Part shown: in pieces, positions 41,755 to 50,511 of the stretch
Position numbering within the stretch: position 1 is the first letter of the stretch
Layout of the letters: each line of letters opens with the position of its first letter
From: Armatimonadota bacterium
GTDB lineage: Bacteria > Armatimonadota > HRBIN16
Assembly (NCBI GenBank): GCA_963677485.1
Contig: OY781964.1
Location: 256,001 to 320,000, forward strand
DNA: 64,000 bases
Direction of reading: 5' to 3'
The notes under the pieces: generated by a model
Told to the model about the DNA's origin: nothing
What the model saw: only the letters and a program-made list of their open reading frames with translations
The model's database searches: none
Position numbers and translations under genes: made by a program

Positions 41755-42126
41755 ATGATTCTACGCCAATTCCTGCGAGCCAAAATCCACCGTGCCACCG
41801 TGACTGAGGCCAACATCGAATATATCGGCAGCATCACGGTCGACAGTTCTCTACTAGCCAAAGTGGGTATGAGCGCGGGCGAGCTGGTTCACGTGTGGAA
41901 CATCACCAACGGGTCTCGCCTGGAGACCTATATCATCGAAGGCGCCCCGGGCAGCGGTATCATCTGCATGAACGGTGCTGGCGCCCATCTGATGAACGTC
42001 GGCGACCAAGTGATCATCGCCGCTTTCGCACTGGCTGACGAACCCGTGACCGCGAAGGTGATCCTGGTGGATGAAAAGAACCGGTTCGAACGCTACCTCT
42101 CCTCCCAACCCAGCCGGGGATATTAA
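41755..42126 (+). CDS. panD: Aspartate 1-decarboxylase
   Basis: KIHRATVTEA, YIG-SITVD cleavage site, NGSRLETY, CMNGAGAH. Confidence 0.95.
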   Translation: MILRQFLRAKIHRATVTEANIEYIGSITVDSSLLAKVGMSAGELVHVWNITNGSRLETYIIEGAPGSGIICMNGAGAHLMNVGDQVIIAAFALADEPVTAKVILVDEKNRFERYLSSQPSRGY

Positions 42127-42761
42127 TCGCCTGACGGTATAGTGCGTATAGTAGCTACGATCTTGTAATGCGCATTATCCTGGAAGAGTTCTCCAACACT
42201 GACACATACCATAACTGGTGTTTCTGGGACACGCCACTCAGTGTTATTTTGTTTCAGCTTCTCGATGACATGACAATCGGTAAACGGCAGGTTATAGTGA
42301 TTTCTGTTTACATTAAACAAGCACCGCCACTTTTTGTTCTCTTTATCGCGAATTACGTTTATCTCACGAATGCGAAAGGCACACAAACTATGCTTGAGGG
42401 GCCATGCATCGACATCCTCAGCAGGTACTGAGCCTCCCATGCCCCACAGCATTAAAGTGGTCGGATTGGAGAGCCCAAGGCACCAGGTTGATATTTCCTG
42501 GGCAGACAGATGCCTGACTTTTCTAGGGGGATATTCAAGGCAAATGTCTTCAGGGTGATGAGGTCTGGGGCATGGGCTCCCGGTGGAGTATTCGATGAGA
42601 TCAAAAACCTGAAGCTCTTTAACCTGATCTATTGGCCACTCACCATTTTCACGTGTGCTAATCGGTCTTTCCCACAAACCGGTTTCGCAATTAATACCCG
42701 CCAGGCAACGCCCCCCGTATTTTGTCGAGTTGGCAAGCAACAATAGTTGAATCACTGTCAT
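42123..42761 (-). CDS. Dual-OB-domain-type protein
   Basis: LANSTKYGGRCLAGI...WERP, PHHPED, YNLPFTD, C-terminal SVGE....HYKIVATI; follows two DUF488 genes. Confidence 0.65.
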   Translation of the reverse strand: MTVIQLLLLANSTKYGGRCLAGINCETGLWERPISTRENGEWPIDQVKELQVFDLIEYSTGSPCPRPHHPEDICLEYPPRKVRHLSAQEISTWCLGLSNPTTLMLWGMGGSVPAEDVDAWPLKHSLCAFRIREINVIRDKENKKWRCLFNVNRNHYNLPFTDCHVIEKLKQNNTEWRVPETPVMVCVSVGELFQDNAHYKIVATIRTIPSGD

Positions 42762-42768
42762 TACCTCT

Positions 42769-43209
42769 TTATATGTGGACGATCCTCACGTCTTTATATC
42801 GAGATGCGAAAAACTCGGCTACCAACCTGCGATGGCAATGCCCGGGTGTGGGCTCGCTGCAGAGCAATACCGTAGGTGTGGTAAAGTAATCTTCTGAATA
42901 CCGTGCAGTGACACTATCGTGCCGACTGGCAAGCAGAGCTTGAAACTCCGTCTCGTAACTATCCCACAGATGGTCCTGCCGATACTGGCTAAGCATGTCT
43001 TTCGTCGGTGCCAGCTCGATATCGTGCTCATAGTTGCAGGAACACAGCTCCCCTAGGAAATACGCAAGGTCTGGATACTTGCTAAAACCAGCAAGCTGAG
43101 ATTTGTTATTGAGACGAATGTCAAGAAGACGGCAGATGCCCGCTTGGTTGATTACGGTAAAGAACTCTCGAGCGGATCTTGATGCAAAACCGATCGTATA
43201 GATTTCCAT
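42769..43209 (-). CDS. DUF488 family protein
   Basis: IYTIGF, LLDIRLNNKSQLAGFSK, ELAPT, LLCSEPTPGHCHRRLVAE. Confidence 0.88.
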   Translation of the reverse strand: MEIYTIGFASRSAREFFTVINQAGICRLLDIRLNNKSQLAGFSKYPDLAYFLGELCSCNYEHDIELAPTKDMLSQYRQDHLWDSYETEFQALLASRHDSVTARYSEDYFTTPTVLLCSEPTPGHCHRRLVAEFFASRYKDVRIVHI

Positions 43210-43712
43210 TCGTCATCAGCCTCCCACAACGAAAGCTGGCGTGTCACCAGCTCTGAATGGTGTTTCACACTTCCATCACCCAGTATATGCTTCACCATCA
43301 CACCTTGTTGTTGTAAAACCCTTGAAATCAACAAACCACGATGGCACACCACGGGGTTTTCCTCACTGCACATCACAACTAACGGCACATTCTGTGTCGC
43401 CAGTTCACGCAGCTGCGCTAACCCATTCAAAAAGGCCCTATCCTGCGCCATTAAACTGTATAGAACATAACCGTTCTTGTCATAAAACCGCCGATTTTCT
43501 GGACGACCGCCAAGCTGCTTGCCAGCATAATAATGGCGTATACCTGTCCTCTTTAACTCAAGCTGTAACTCTGCATGGTTAAACCACGTGGCATAACGAC
43601 TGTACGGTGCGCTGCGGACATCGACTAGTGCACAAATCCCTAACGCCTTCAATAATACCTTGAAGTGCTCTAAAGAGTGATTACTATGTCCGATGGTGTA
43701 GATAGTTTCTAT
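43152..43712 (-). CDS. DUF488 family protein; conserved N-terminus extends upstream of the TTG at 43652, probable ATA start
   Basis: Manual translation gives (ATA)-ETIYTIGHSNHSLEHF...LVDVRSAPYSR, LGGRP, MCSEENPVVCHR. Confidence 0.85.
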   Translation of the reverse strand: METIYTIGHSNHSLEHFKVLLKALGICALVDVRSAPYSRYATWFNHAELQLELKRTGIRHYYAGKQLGGRPENRRFYDKNGYVLYSLMAQDRAFLNGLAQLRELATQNVPLVVMCSEENPVVCHRGLLISRVLQQQGVMVKHILGDGSVKHHSELVTRQLSLWEADDEWKSIRSVLHQDPLESSLP

Positions 43713-43802
43713 GATCTGAACCTTCGTCCTGGCAAGAATATTGTCTACCTATATGGTACCTCGCAAGCTCGATGCCATGCAATATCTGCGATGGTAAAAA
43801 CT

Positions 43803-44621
43803 CTACCGCTTCGCGTGGCTGATCACAAACTCAAAAGCCGCCACGGTATCCTCGTAGTTGGTGGAGTGGCCGGTCTGCTCGCGGTGGATAAGCAGCACAT
43901 CGCGTCCGATTGTCTTCAACACCCCGGCTAAGCGTATGGCACTTGCAGGTGGCACCGCATCATCCAGACCACCTGTGGTGATAGCCACGGGGAAAGTCAG
44001 CCGCTCCGGCCAGTATTCGGCGCTGCGCTTCTTATACTCGGCAGGAATCTGCTGCTTGGTACCGCCGAACGACTCCGCAATTGCGTCATGGAAATTCGTA
44101 TACTCCAGATGGTTGGCCATTGGGTTTTGACTGCATACCCCGCTGATCAGCTCCGGGTGAAGCACCGCAAAGCTCAGTGCCGAGGTGGCACCCATAGAGC
44201 CGCCGATCAGGAACACCCTGTCCACACGATGCTTCTTGCGCAGGTCTTTGATCATCTGCACCATATCGGCCTCCGCTTTCGGACCCATCCAGGAGGTCAT
44301 TGCGCGGTAATCCGGCGATATGTAGATCATGTTATATTTCGCGGCCATATCGCGTGCGGCACGGCACTCATCGCGCTCTTGAGTCACATACTGCCAGCGG
44401 TCGGAACCATGCCCGTGCAGGGCGATCAGCAGATCATGTTTCTCGCCAGCTTTGAAATCGGCGGGTAACATCTGCACATAACGCTGCTCCGAGCCGTCCA
44501 GCTTCGCCTTGAACACCACATCCAGCGGCTTTTGCAGACCGGCGGGCTGAGCCTGCACCACCGCCACCATCAACACGACCGCACACACGAATACCCACTT
44601 GAAAGCCATTTCGAAAAACAT
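43803..44621 (-). CDS. Secreted alpha/beta hydrolase (esterase/peptidase S9-like)
   Basis: LIALHGHGS, GGSMGA nucleophile elbow, D (DDAVP) and H (TGHS) catalytic residues. Confidence 0.85.
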   Translation of the reverse strand: MFFEMAFKWVFVCAVVLMVAVVQAQPAGLQKPLDVVFKAKLDGSEQRYVQMLPADFKAGEKHDLLIALHGHGSDRWQYVTQERDECRAARDMAAKYNMIYISPDYRAMTSWMGPKAEADMVQMIKDLRKKHRVDRVFLIGGSMGATSALSFAVLHPELISGVCSQNPMANHLEYTNFHDAIAESFGGTKQQIPAEYKKRSAEYWPERLTFPVAITTGGLDDAVPPASAIRLAGVLKTIGRDVLLIHREQTGHSTNYEDTVAAFEFVISHAKR

Positions 44622-44794
44622 TCCATTAACCTCTCATTGATTGACATTGACAGCATTATCATACCACCTACTGTCTGCTCGCCAACAACCAGCGATACAA
44701 GCCTTCATTTCGCCCATCGCAGGACGCAAGATGACGACATACAGAGCTACGACCACTAAAACTGGTATAGATATAAGCCATATGACACAGTTCT

Positions 44795-45346
44795 TCAACT
44801 CTTAACCTCAATTTTTCGGCGATCACGGTTGAACACAAGCAACGGGACTGTCAGGAACACCCACCAAAACATAGTCGCAATAAACGGCATCCAGTAGAAA
44901 GTGAATTCTCGGATATTATGAACGCCATTCTCGTCTATGCGGTAGGCCCAGCGTTTCACTATCAATTCGTCAACTGACAGCCACATGATGTATGTCGTAG
45001 TGCCCTGAGCCTTGACTACCTCTAGATGGGCTTTGCTTGGGTAATATCGGGAGTTATATTGAGTCTCTCCCTGTAAAATGTGGTCGAAAGACTGGTATTT
45101 ACCGGTTTGTGGTTCGTAGTGTGCCAATTCGTGGGCCTTCATGTAGCCTAAAGCACCGTAGATAAATCCATCATCGTAAGTCCGAACGTGGTTATCTCGA
45201 TTGATGAAGACAGAACCTGGTCGTGGAGAGGTTAATGCGACTATGTACGCGTCATCGACGGCACGGGTAAGGTTCACCTGCAATGAGCAATACATCACTC
45301 CAAGGAACCCTAAGCCGATGAGCACGATGTTGATTCTCTTTCGCAT
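44795..45346 (-). CDS. Hypothetical protein with N- and C-terminal TM segments
   Basis: 183-aa ORF with hydrophobic ends; no family recognised. Confidence 0.55.
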   Translation of the reverse strand: MRKRINIVLIGLGFLGVMYCSLQVNLTRAVDDAYIVALTSPRPGSVFINRDNHVRTYDDGFIYGALGYMKAHELAHYEPQTGKYQSFDHILQGETQYNSRYYPSKAHLEVVKAQGTTTYIMWLSVDELIVKRWAYRIDENGVHNIREFTFYWMPFIATMFWWVFLTVPLLVFNRDRRKIEVKS

Positions 45347-45434
45347 TCCGTCTGTATGCCCTATCTTCTCCGCGTCTGTTCTTCATTGAGAGTTCACGCT
45401 TGATACCAGCATACAGCAACGTTTCTTTGATGTC

Positions 45435-45830
45435 AACGGACACGTACGATGGGCACCGCACGCGCTGTGCCCATCGTACGTGTCATCCGATTCATCCGCG
45501 TAATCCGTGGTTCAGACAAGCACGTTTCACCGCGTGAGATCGTGGCACCCTCAAGAAGGGCGGTTCGCGAACCTCCCCTACACGGTTTCCGCGGAGGTGT
45601 TTCGTTCCCATCCGCGTTCATCTGTGTCCATTCGCGGTTAGTATCCGGCCAGGACGCCGCATGCCGTTCCCTTCGCGTTCTTCGCGGCTTCGCGTGAGAC
45701 GAACCCCCAGTGCGCGCTAATCCCCCCACCTCGCACCATCCGTGTCCATCCGCGGTTAGTATCCGGCTAGGGCACCGCCTGCCGTTCCCCTTCGCGTTCT
45801 TCGCGGCGTCACCTGTGGTGTCGCGTGAGA
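45435..45830. repeat. Large intergenic REP/short-repeat mosaic
   Basis: cgtacgatgggcac...gtgcccatcgtacg palindrome, gggcggttcgcgaacctcccctac, and a duplicated block cgcggttagtatccggc...tgccgttccc(c)ttcgcgttcttcgcggc. Confidence 0.8.
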
Positions 45831-45837
45831 TGAATCA

Positions 45838-45861
45838 AAAAGGCGCCCCGAAGGACGCCTT
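45838..45861 (-). terminator. Rho-independent terminator of the UroD-family gene
   Basis: aaaaaggcg-ccccgaagga-cgcctt; U-tract on the minus strand. Confidence 0.65.
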
Positions 45862-45877
45862 GATGCCCGAAACCGCT

Positions 45878-46966
45878 CTAGGTGTGACTCTGGTTGACCA
45901 CTTCCCACATCCGGTCCATATAATACCGGTAGTTCTCGAAGGAGGTGTCCGGCGGCAGGCTGTGGTCAGGTGCGCATATATAGCCACCCTCTTCCATCAG
46001 CGGACGCACGCGGGCAATCTCTTTCTCGATCGCCGCAGGACCCCATGCGACGGCGCGTTTGTCGAAGCCGCCCCACATCAGCAGGTCTTTACCAAACTCC
46101 TTGCGGAACTTCAGCACATCCATACCGCACTGCACTTCAAACGGGTATACGATGTCGATACCGGCGTCCATCCACACCGGGATCAGGCTGCTCATATCGC
46201 CGTCGCTATCCAGAGAGACGTACTTCACGCCGTGCGACTTCACGAACTCCACCACGCGTTTGTAGTGCGGCAAGGCCATCTTGCGTAGCATGGTTGGGCT
46301 CATCAGCGGACCGGTCTTGTAAGCCATGTCCTCCCAGAAGCCGTATACATCCACATCGGTATATTGAAGTATCTGTCCCATCATCGCGATAATGAAGTCC
46401 GCCAGCTTCTCCATCACCTCTTCCACAAAGTCAGGATCATCGTAGAACATCATGCAGAGGTTCTCAACGCCCATCATGGCACGAGGTCCGCCGAACATCC
46501 CGCCCCAGCGGTCGCTAATGATGATCAGCGGGAAATCGCGGTCCTTGTAGGCAGCCAGTGTCTTCGCATAATCGGCTCCAAGCCGAGCGGCGATGTCGGG
46601 CTGCATGCGCTCTTTCATGAACTTGCGGAAGGTTTCTGGAGTCTGTGCAGGGAACGAGATGAACTGCGGCATTGAGCTAAACGACTCGTCCTTGCGCTCC
46701 CGCATCGTAATGCCTTCATGGTTGACGTAGGTCACCGTATGGTCGTCTTCGGTGATCACCTGACGTTCAAAGGCGGGGTTCGGAAAGAACCAATGGCCTA
46801 TCCAATCCCATCGGTCTGTTTTGTAATAAGGCTCCTTGGCCGCCTCCCAGCCCTCAGTCGCCCAGCGTTTGTAGGTTTCAGGCCAGCCGCCAGTCATCAC
46901 TCCGTACACAGCACGGTCAACTGGCTTGTAGGCCATGGTGTTCAGGAACCGTTCTCTATCATTCAT
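45878..46966 (-). CDS. Uroporphyrinogen decarboxylase / MtaA-CmuA superfamily protein
   Basis: RERFLNTM, EDMAYKTGPLMSP, DSDGD, WGGFDK, GGYICAPDHSLPPD. Confidence 0.82.
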   Translation of the reverse strand: MNDRERFLNTMAYKPVDRAVYGVMTGGWPETYKRWATEGWEAAKEPYYKTDRWDWIGHWFFPNPAFERQVITEDDHTVTYVNHEGITMRERKDESFSSMPQFISFPAQTPETFRKFMKERMQPDIAARLGADYAKTLAAYKDRDFPLIIISDRWGGMFGGPRAMMGVENLCMMFYDDPDFVEEVMEKLADFIIAMMGQILQYTDVDVYGFWEDMAYKTGPLMSPTMLRKMALPHYKRVVEFVKSHGVKYVSLDSDGDMSSLIPVWMDAGIDIVYPFEVQCGMDVLKFRKEFGKDLLMWGGFDKRAVAWGPAAIEKEIARVRPLMEEGGYICAPDHSLPPDTSFENYRYYMDRMWEVVNQSHT

Positions 46967-47057
46967 TGCGGCATGCCTCGCTTGCAGATATGAATTCTTT
47001 CATAGGATAGCATACCAGATTTCACGGCCAATTCAGTGCATCATAGACAGTGTGCTT

Positions 47058-47603
47058 TCAGTGGCCGGATTTAGTACAGTGACTGAACATCGCGGGTATG
47101 CTTATGGATATATACGGGCATATTTGACATATTTGTTCAGCAACAGAGGGTCGTTCGCAGCACTCTACCAAACTCTCCCCATCAGGCCAAGCCAACTCGG
47201 CGCAGATGTCGATCAGTGGACGCATCACAAAGGCTCGTTCGTGCGCACGCGGATGAGGCACAATCAACCGCGGCGGATCATTAATGACCGCATCTCCGAA
47301 TAGAATAAGGTCCAGATCGATTGTCCGTGGATTGCCATAATAGACACGTTCCCTGCCACCAAACTGCTCAGTAAGCAAAAGGTGCTCAAGAAGTTGGTCA
47401 GCACTCATATCTGTACAAACCTGTATGGCTGCATTCAGGTAGTAAGGTTGCTCACCCTCTACCCCTACCGCTTCAGATTGATACACAGGTGATACAGCAG
47501 TCACACGGCAACACTCGCAGTGGAGACGGTCGATGGCAGTTTGCAGATGATGATCTCTGGGAGCGATGTTTGATCCGAGGCTTATGTAGGCGATGGTATT
47601 CAT
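47058..47603 (-). CDS. folK: 2-amino-4-hydroxy-6-hydroxymethyldihydropteridine pyrophosphokinase
   Basis: AYISLGSN, YLNA, PRTIDLDL, VPHPRAHERAFV. Confidence 0.95.
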   Translation of the reverse strand: MNTIAYISLGSNIAPRDHHLQTAIDRLHCECCRVTAVSPVYQSEAVGVEGEQPYYLNAAIQVCTDMSADQLLEHLLLTEQFGGRERVYYGNPRTIDLDLILFGDAVINDPPRLIVPHPRAHERAFVMRPLIDICAELAWPDGESLVECCERPSVAEQICQICPYISISIPAMFSHCTKSGH

Positions 47604-47734
47604 AAGTGTATTTTACCGCAGTGCCCATCGGCTGCGAGCTTTTCGGGCCATTCGGACTGTCTCCCCATCCGTGTCATCCTGCTAATCCGTGTAATCCGTG
47701 GTTCAGGCAATGACACTGCGGAGCTGGACATCCA

Positions 47735-48687
47735 ATCGCAAGCTACCAACCACGCTGCCGCGGGTTTAGTCACCCCACGGGACTGGCGTCCCTAAACGGG
47801 GGTTCACTCACCGCGCGTCTAGCTTTTTGCAGCCCGCAAGCGGGCGCAGTGTGCCCTCCCCCAGCGTCCGCTGGAGCGAAGCGACGCGGGCAGCCACATG
47901 ATCAGCGACGGGTGATGGAGCCCCCTGGGGGCGATGGAACCCGTCGACACGGTGCCGATAGCCCACATCGCAAGCTACCAGCCTCGCTGCCGCGGGTTTA
48001 ATTGCCCCACGGGACTGGCGTCCCTTATCGGGGTTCCCTCACCGCGCGTCTAGCTTTTTGCAGCCCGCAAGCGGGCGCAGTGTGCCCTCCCCCAGCGCCC
48101 GCTGGAGCGAAGCGACGCGGGCAGCCACATGATCAGCGACGGGTGATGGAGCCCCCTGGGGGCGATGGAACCCGTCGACACGGGGCTGGTCATCCCACAT
48201 CGCAAGCTACCAGCCACGCTGCCGCGGGTTTAGTCACCCCACGGGACTGGCGTCCCTTAACGGGGTTCCCTCACCGCGCGTCTAGCTATTTGCAGCCCGC
48301 AAGCGGGCGCAGGGTGCCCTCCGCAAGCGCCCGCTGGAGCGAAGCGACGCGGGCAGCCATATGATCAGCGACGGGTGATGGAGCCTCCTGGGGCGATGGA
48401 ACCCGTCGACGCGGAGCCAGTCATCCCACACCGCAAGCTACCAGCCACGCTGCCACGATTTTGTCACCCCACGGGACTAGCGTCCCTTAACGGAGTTCCC
48501 TCACCGCGCGTCTAGCTTTTTGCAGCCCGCAAGCGGGCGCAGGGTGCCCTCCCCCTGCGCCCGCTGGAGCGAAGCGACGCGGGCAGCCATATGATCAGCG
48601 ACGGGTGATGGAGCCCCCTGGGGCGATGGAACCCGTCGACACGGGCTGGTCATCCCACATCACAATCTACCAGCTCACGTTGCCGCG
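47735..48687. repeat. Non-coding tandem array of four ~232-bp structured units plus a partial fifth
   Basis: Unit starts at 47735, 47967, 48199, 48430 and 48659 (periods 232, 232, 231, 229); copies are near-identical and each has several hairpins. Confidence 0.95.
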
Positions 48688-48793
48688 TATCCAATCCCCC
48701 ACATGCAACAAGACACAGCAGAAATCGGGTACATATAAAGTAGTGGTGGGATAATATCAGCCATGGAGCTTCCTCGTATAAGGAGGGGCTAAA

Positions 48794-49087
48794 ATGAAAC
48801 ACATCAGGATTCTGTTACCGCTGGTTCTGTGCCTCTGTGCGGTGCTGTTTGCATCGGCGCAGACCTCAGAGCTATGCAGCATCTGTCACAAAGCACAAGC
48901 AGTCAGGGTGATGCATGTATGCAGGTTTTGCGCCAAAGGATCTCTCTGCGTGCTATGCGGAAAGTGGCAGGCTAAAAAGGACGGTGTGGTGTGCGCAGAT
49001 CACGCTAAAGGTGATATGTGCGACCTATGTGGTAAATGGAAAGCCACCAGCACAGGACGAGTGTGCAACTGGTGCGCAAAGCAATAG
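48794..49087 (+). CDS. Small exported Cys-rich protein with three tandem ~24-aa CxxC...Cxx[C/H] repeats (PHF5/Rds3-like spacing)
   Basis: Strong RBS AGGAGG, signal peptide ending ASA-Q, 11 Cys plus 1 His in register, own terminator. Confidence 0.8.
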   Translation: MKHIRILLPLVLCLCAVLFASAQTSELCSICHKAQAVRVMHVCRFCAKGSLCVLCGKWQAKKDGVVCADHAKGDMCDLCGKWKATSTGRVCNWCAKQ

Positions 49088-49097
49088 AAAATGATAT

Positions 49098-49127
49098 GAG
49101 CGACGCAGGAAACTGCGTCGCTCTTCT
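49098..49127 (+). terminator. Terminator-like hairpin after the Cys-rich gene
   Basis: gagcgacgcag-gaaa-ctgcgtcgctc-ttct. Confidence 0.7.
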
Positions 49128-49194
49128 AGAAACATAGGATATAGGGTTCAGGAGTGAGCCCATCTAATGTAAACCTCGCTCAAAGGAGTGGAAT

Positions 49195-50511
49195 GTGAAG
49201 CGTTACGGCTTTTTTTTGCGATTCTGGTGTGTGATAGTAGCTCTGGGCTTACTGTCTCACGCTGCCATTTCGGCATCGCAGGGACCTGTCATCAGCATGA
49301 AGATGCAGGGTATCATCGCCTCGCCGAACCAGAACTTCATTAGCCGTGTGCTCGATGAGGCCAAAACCAGAAAGGCCTGTCTGGTTCTGGTGGAGCTGGA
49401 CACTCCCGGCGGCCTGATGGATAGTATGGAAGAGATCATCAAAGAGATGCTGAAGAGCTCTGTGCCCGTCTGCGTCTATGTATCGCCTAGCGGAGCGAAA
49501 GCAGGCAGTGCCGGCACCTTCATCACCATCGCCGCCCACGTCGCCGCGATGGCTCCTGGTACCAGCATCGGCGCCGCACACCCCGTATCCGGCGATGGGA
49601 ATGACATCAAGGGCGAGATGAACCGCAAGGTCACCAACTACGCCAGCAGCTACATCCGAACACTGGCGGCACTAAGGGGCCGTAATGCGGAGTGGGCCGA
49701 AAAGGCTGTGCGCCAGAGCGTGGCGATCGACAACGACACGGCACTCAAAAACAAGGTCATTGACGTCATCGCAATAGACACCGATGAGCTATTAGCCAAG
49801 ATCGACGGCCGAAAAGTCAAAGTGAACAACACGATGGTGACACTCCATACAAAGGGTGCCCCGATTGTGCCTATCGCAATGTTGCCGCGCGAAAACCTGT
49901 TCAATTTCCTGGCTAACCCCAATGTTCTGGCGATACTCGGCGTTTTGACCATGTATGGTCTGATCGCCGAACTGCAGAATCCCGGAGCGGTCTTCCCGGG
50001 CACTATCGGTGTGATCGCCCTGGTCCTGGTGCTTCTGGGTGGTTCGGTGCTGCCAGTATCGATCGCTGGTGTAGCCCTGCTGGTTGTGTCAGCCGCTCTA
50101 TTCATCATTGATGCGTTTGCACCAAGCCATGGGGTGCTAACTATAGGAGGCGTGGTGGCAATGTGTCTAGGTCTTCTTATGGTGTTCGACTCGCCCGATC
50201 CCGCCGTGCGGGTCTCGCTGCAAACCGCACTTTTGTTGTCCGTACTGACAGGCCTGTTCTTCCTGGTCGTCGTGGTGGCGGGTTTACGGGCACTTAAAGC
50301 TAAGCCCCAGTCGGGTAAGGAGATATTGATCGGGATGACCGCTGTGGCCTCAAGCACTATACAACCGACGGGTAAGATTTTCTTCGACGGATCATACTGG
50401 AACGCCCGCACAGAGGGTGAGCCGATATCTATGGGCGATACAGTTTCTATACTGCGGATTGAAGGACTAACCGCAGTGGTGACCAAGCAAATTAAGAGGA
50501 GTGAAGAGTAA
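49195..50511 (+). CDS. nfeD: NfeD membrane-bound ClpP-class serine protease
   Basis: LDTPGG, AGSAGTFI, MAPGTSIGAAHP, TM domain, C-terminal OB (GSYWNA). Confidence 0.92.
   Translation: MKRYGFFLRFWCVIVALGLLSHAAISASQGPVISMKMQGIIASPNQNFISRVLDEAKTRKACLVLVELDTPGGLMDSMEEIIKEMLKSSVPVCVYVSPSGAKAGSAGTFITIAAHVAAMAPGTSIGAAHPVSGDGNDIKGEMNRKVTNYASSYIRTLAALRGRNAEWAEKAVRQSVAIDNDTALKNKVIDVIAIDTDELLAKIDGRKVKVNNTMVTLHTKGAPIVPIAMLPRENLFNFLANPNVLAILGVLTMYGLIAELQNPGAVFPGTIGVIALVLVLLGGSVLPVSIAGVALLVVSAALFIIDAFAPSHGVLTIGGVVAMCLGLLMVFDSPDPAVRVSLQTALLLSVLTGLFFLVVVVAGLRALKAKPQSGKEILIGMTAVASSTIQPTGKIFFDGSYWNARTEGEPISMGDTVSILRIEGLTAVVTKQIKRSEE

Noticed and set aside
45433-45729. Short ORFs across repeat mosaics (also 5816-6073, 8809-9207, 27787-28163, 37082-37548, 60207-60473)
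   Set aside because: They are translations of REP and 8-9-mer modules (LRVLRVSA, ICVHPR, FASSRLRV), not genes.
48002-48364. 120-aa ORF inside the array
   Set aside because: The period is not a multiple of 3, the frame is not kept between copies, and there is no RBS.
47735-48687. CRISPR array interpretation of the tandem repeat
   Set aside because: Units are ~232 bp, near-identical along their whole length, with no unique spacers and no cas genes.
48875-48889. CSICH as a c-type haem-binding motif
   Set aside because: The His is replaced by Gly in the two sister repeats, and the pattern fits metal fingers better.
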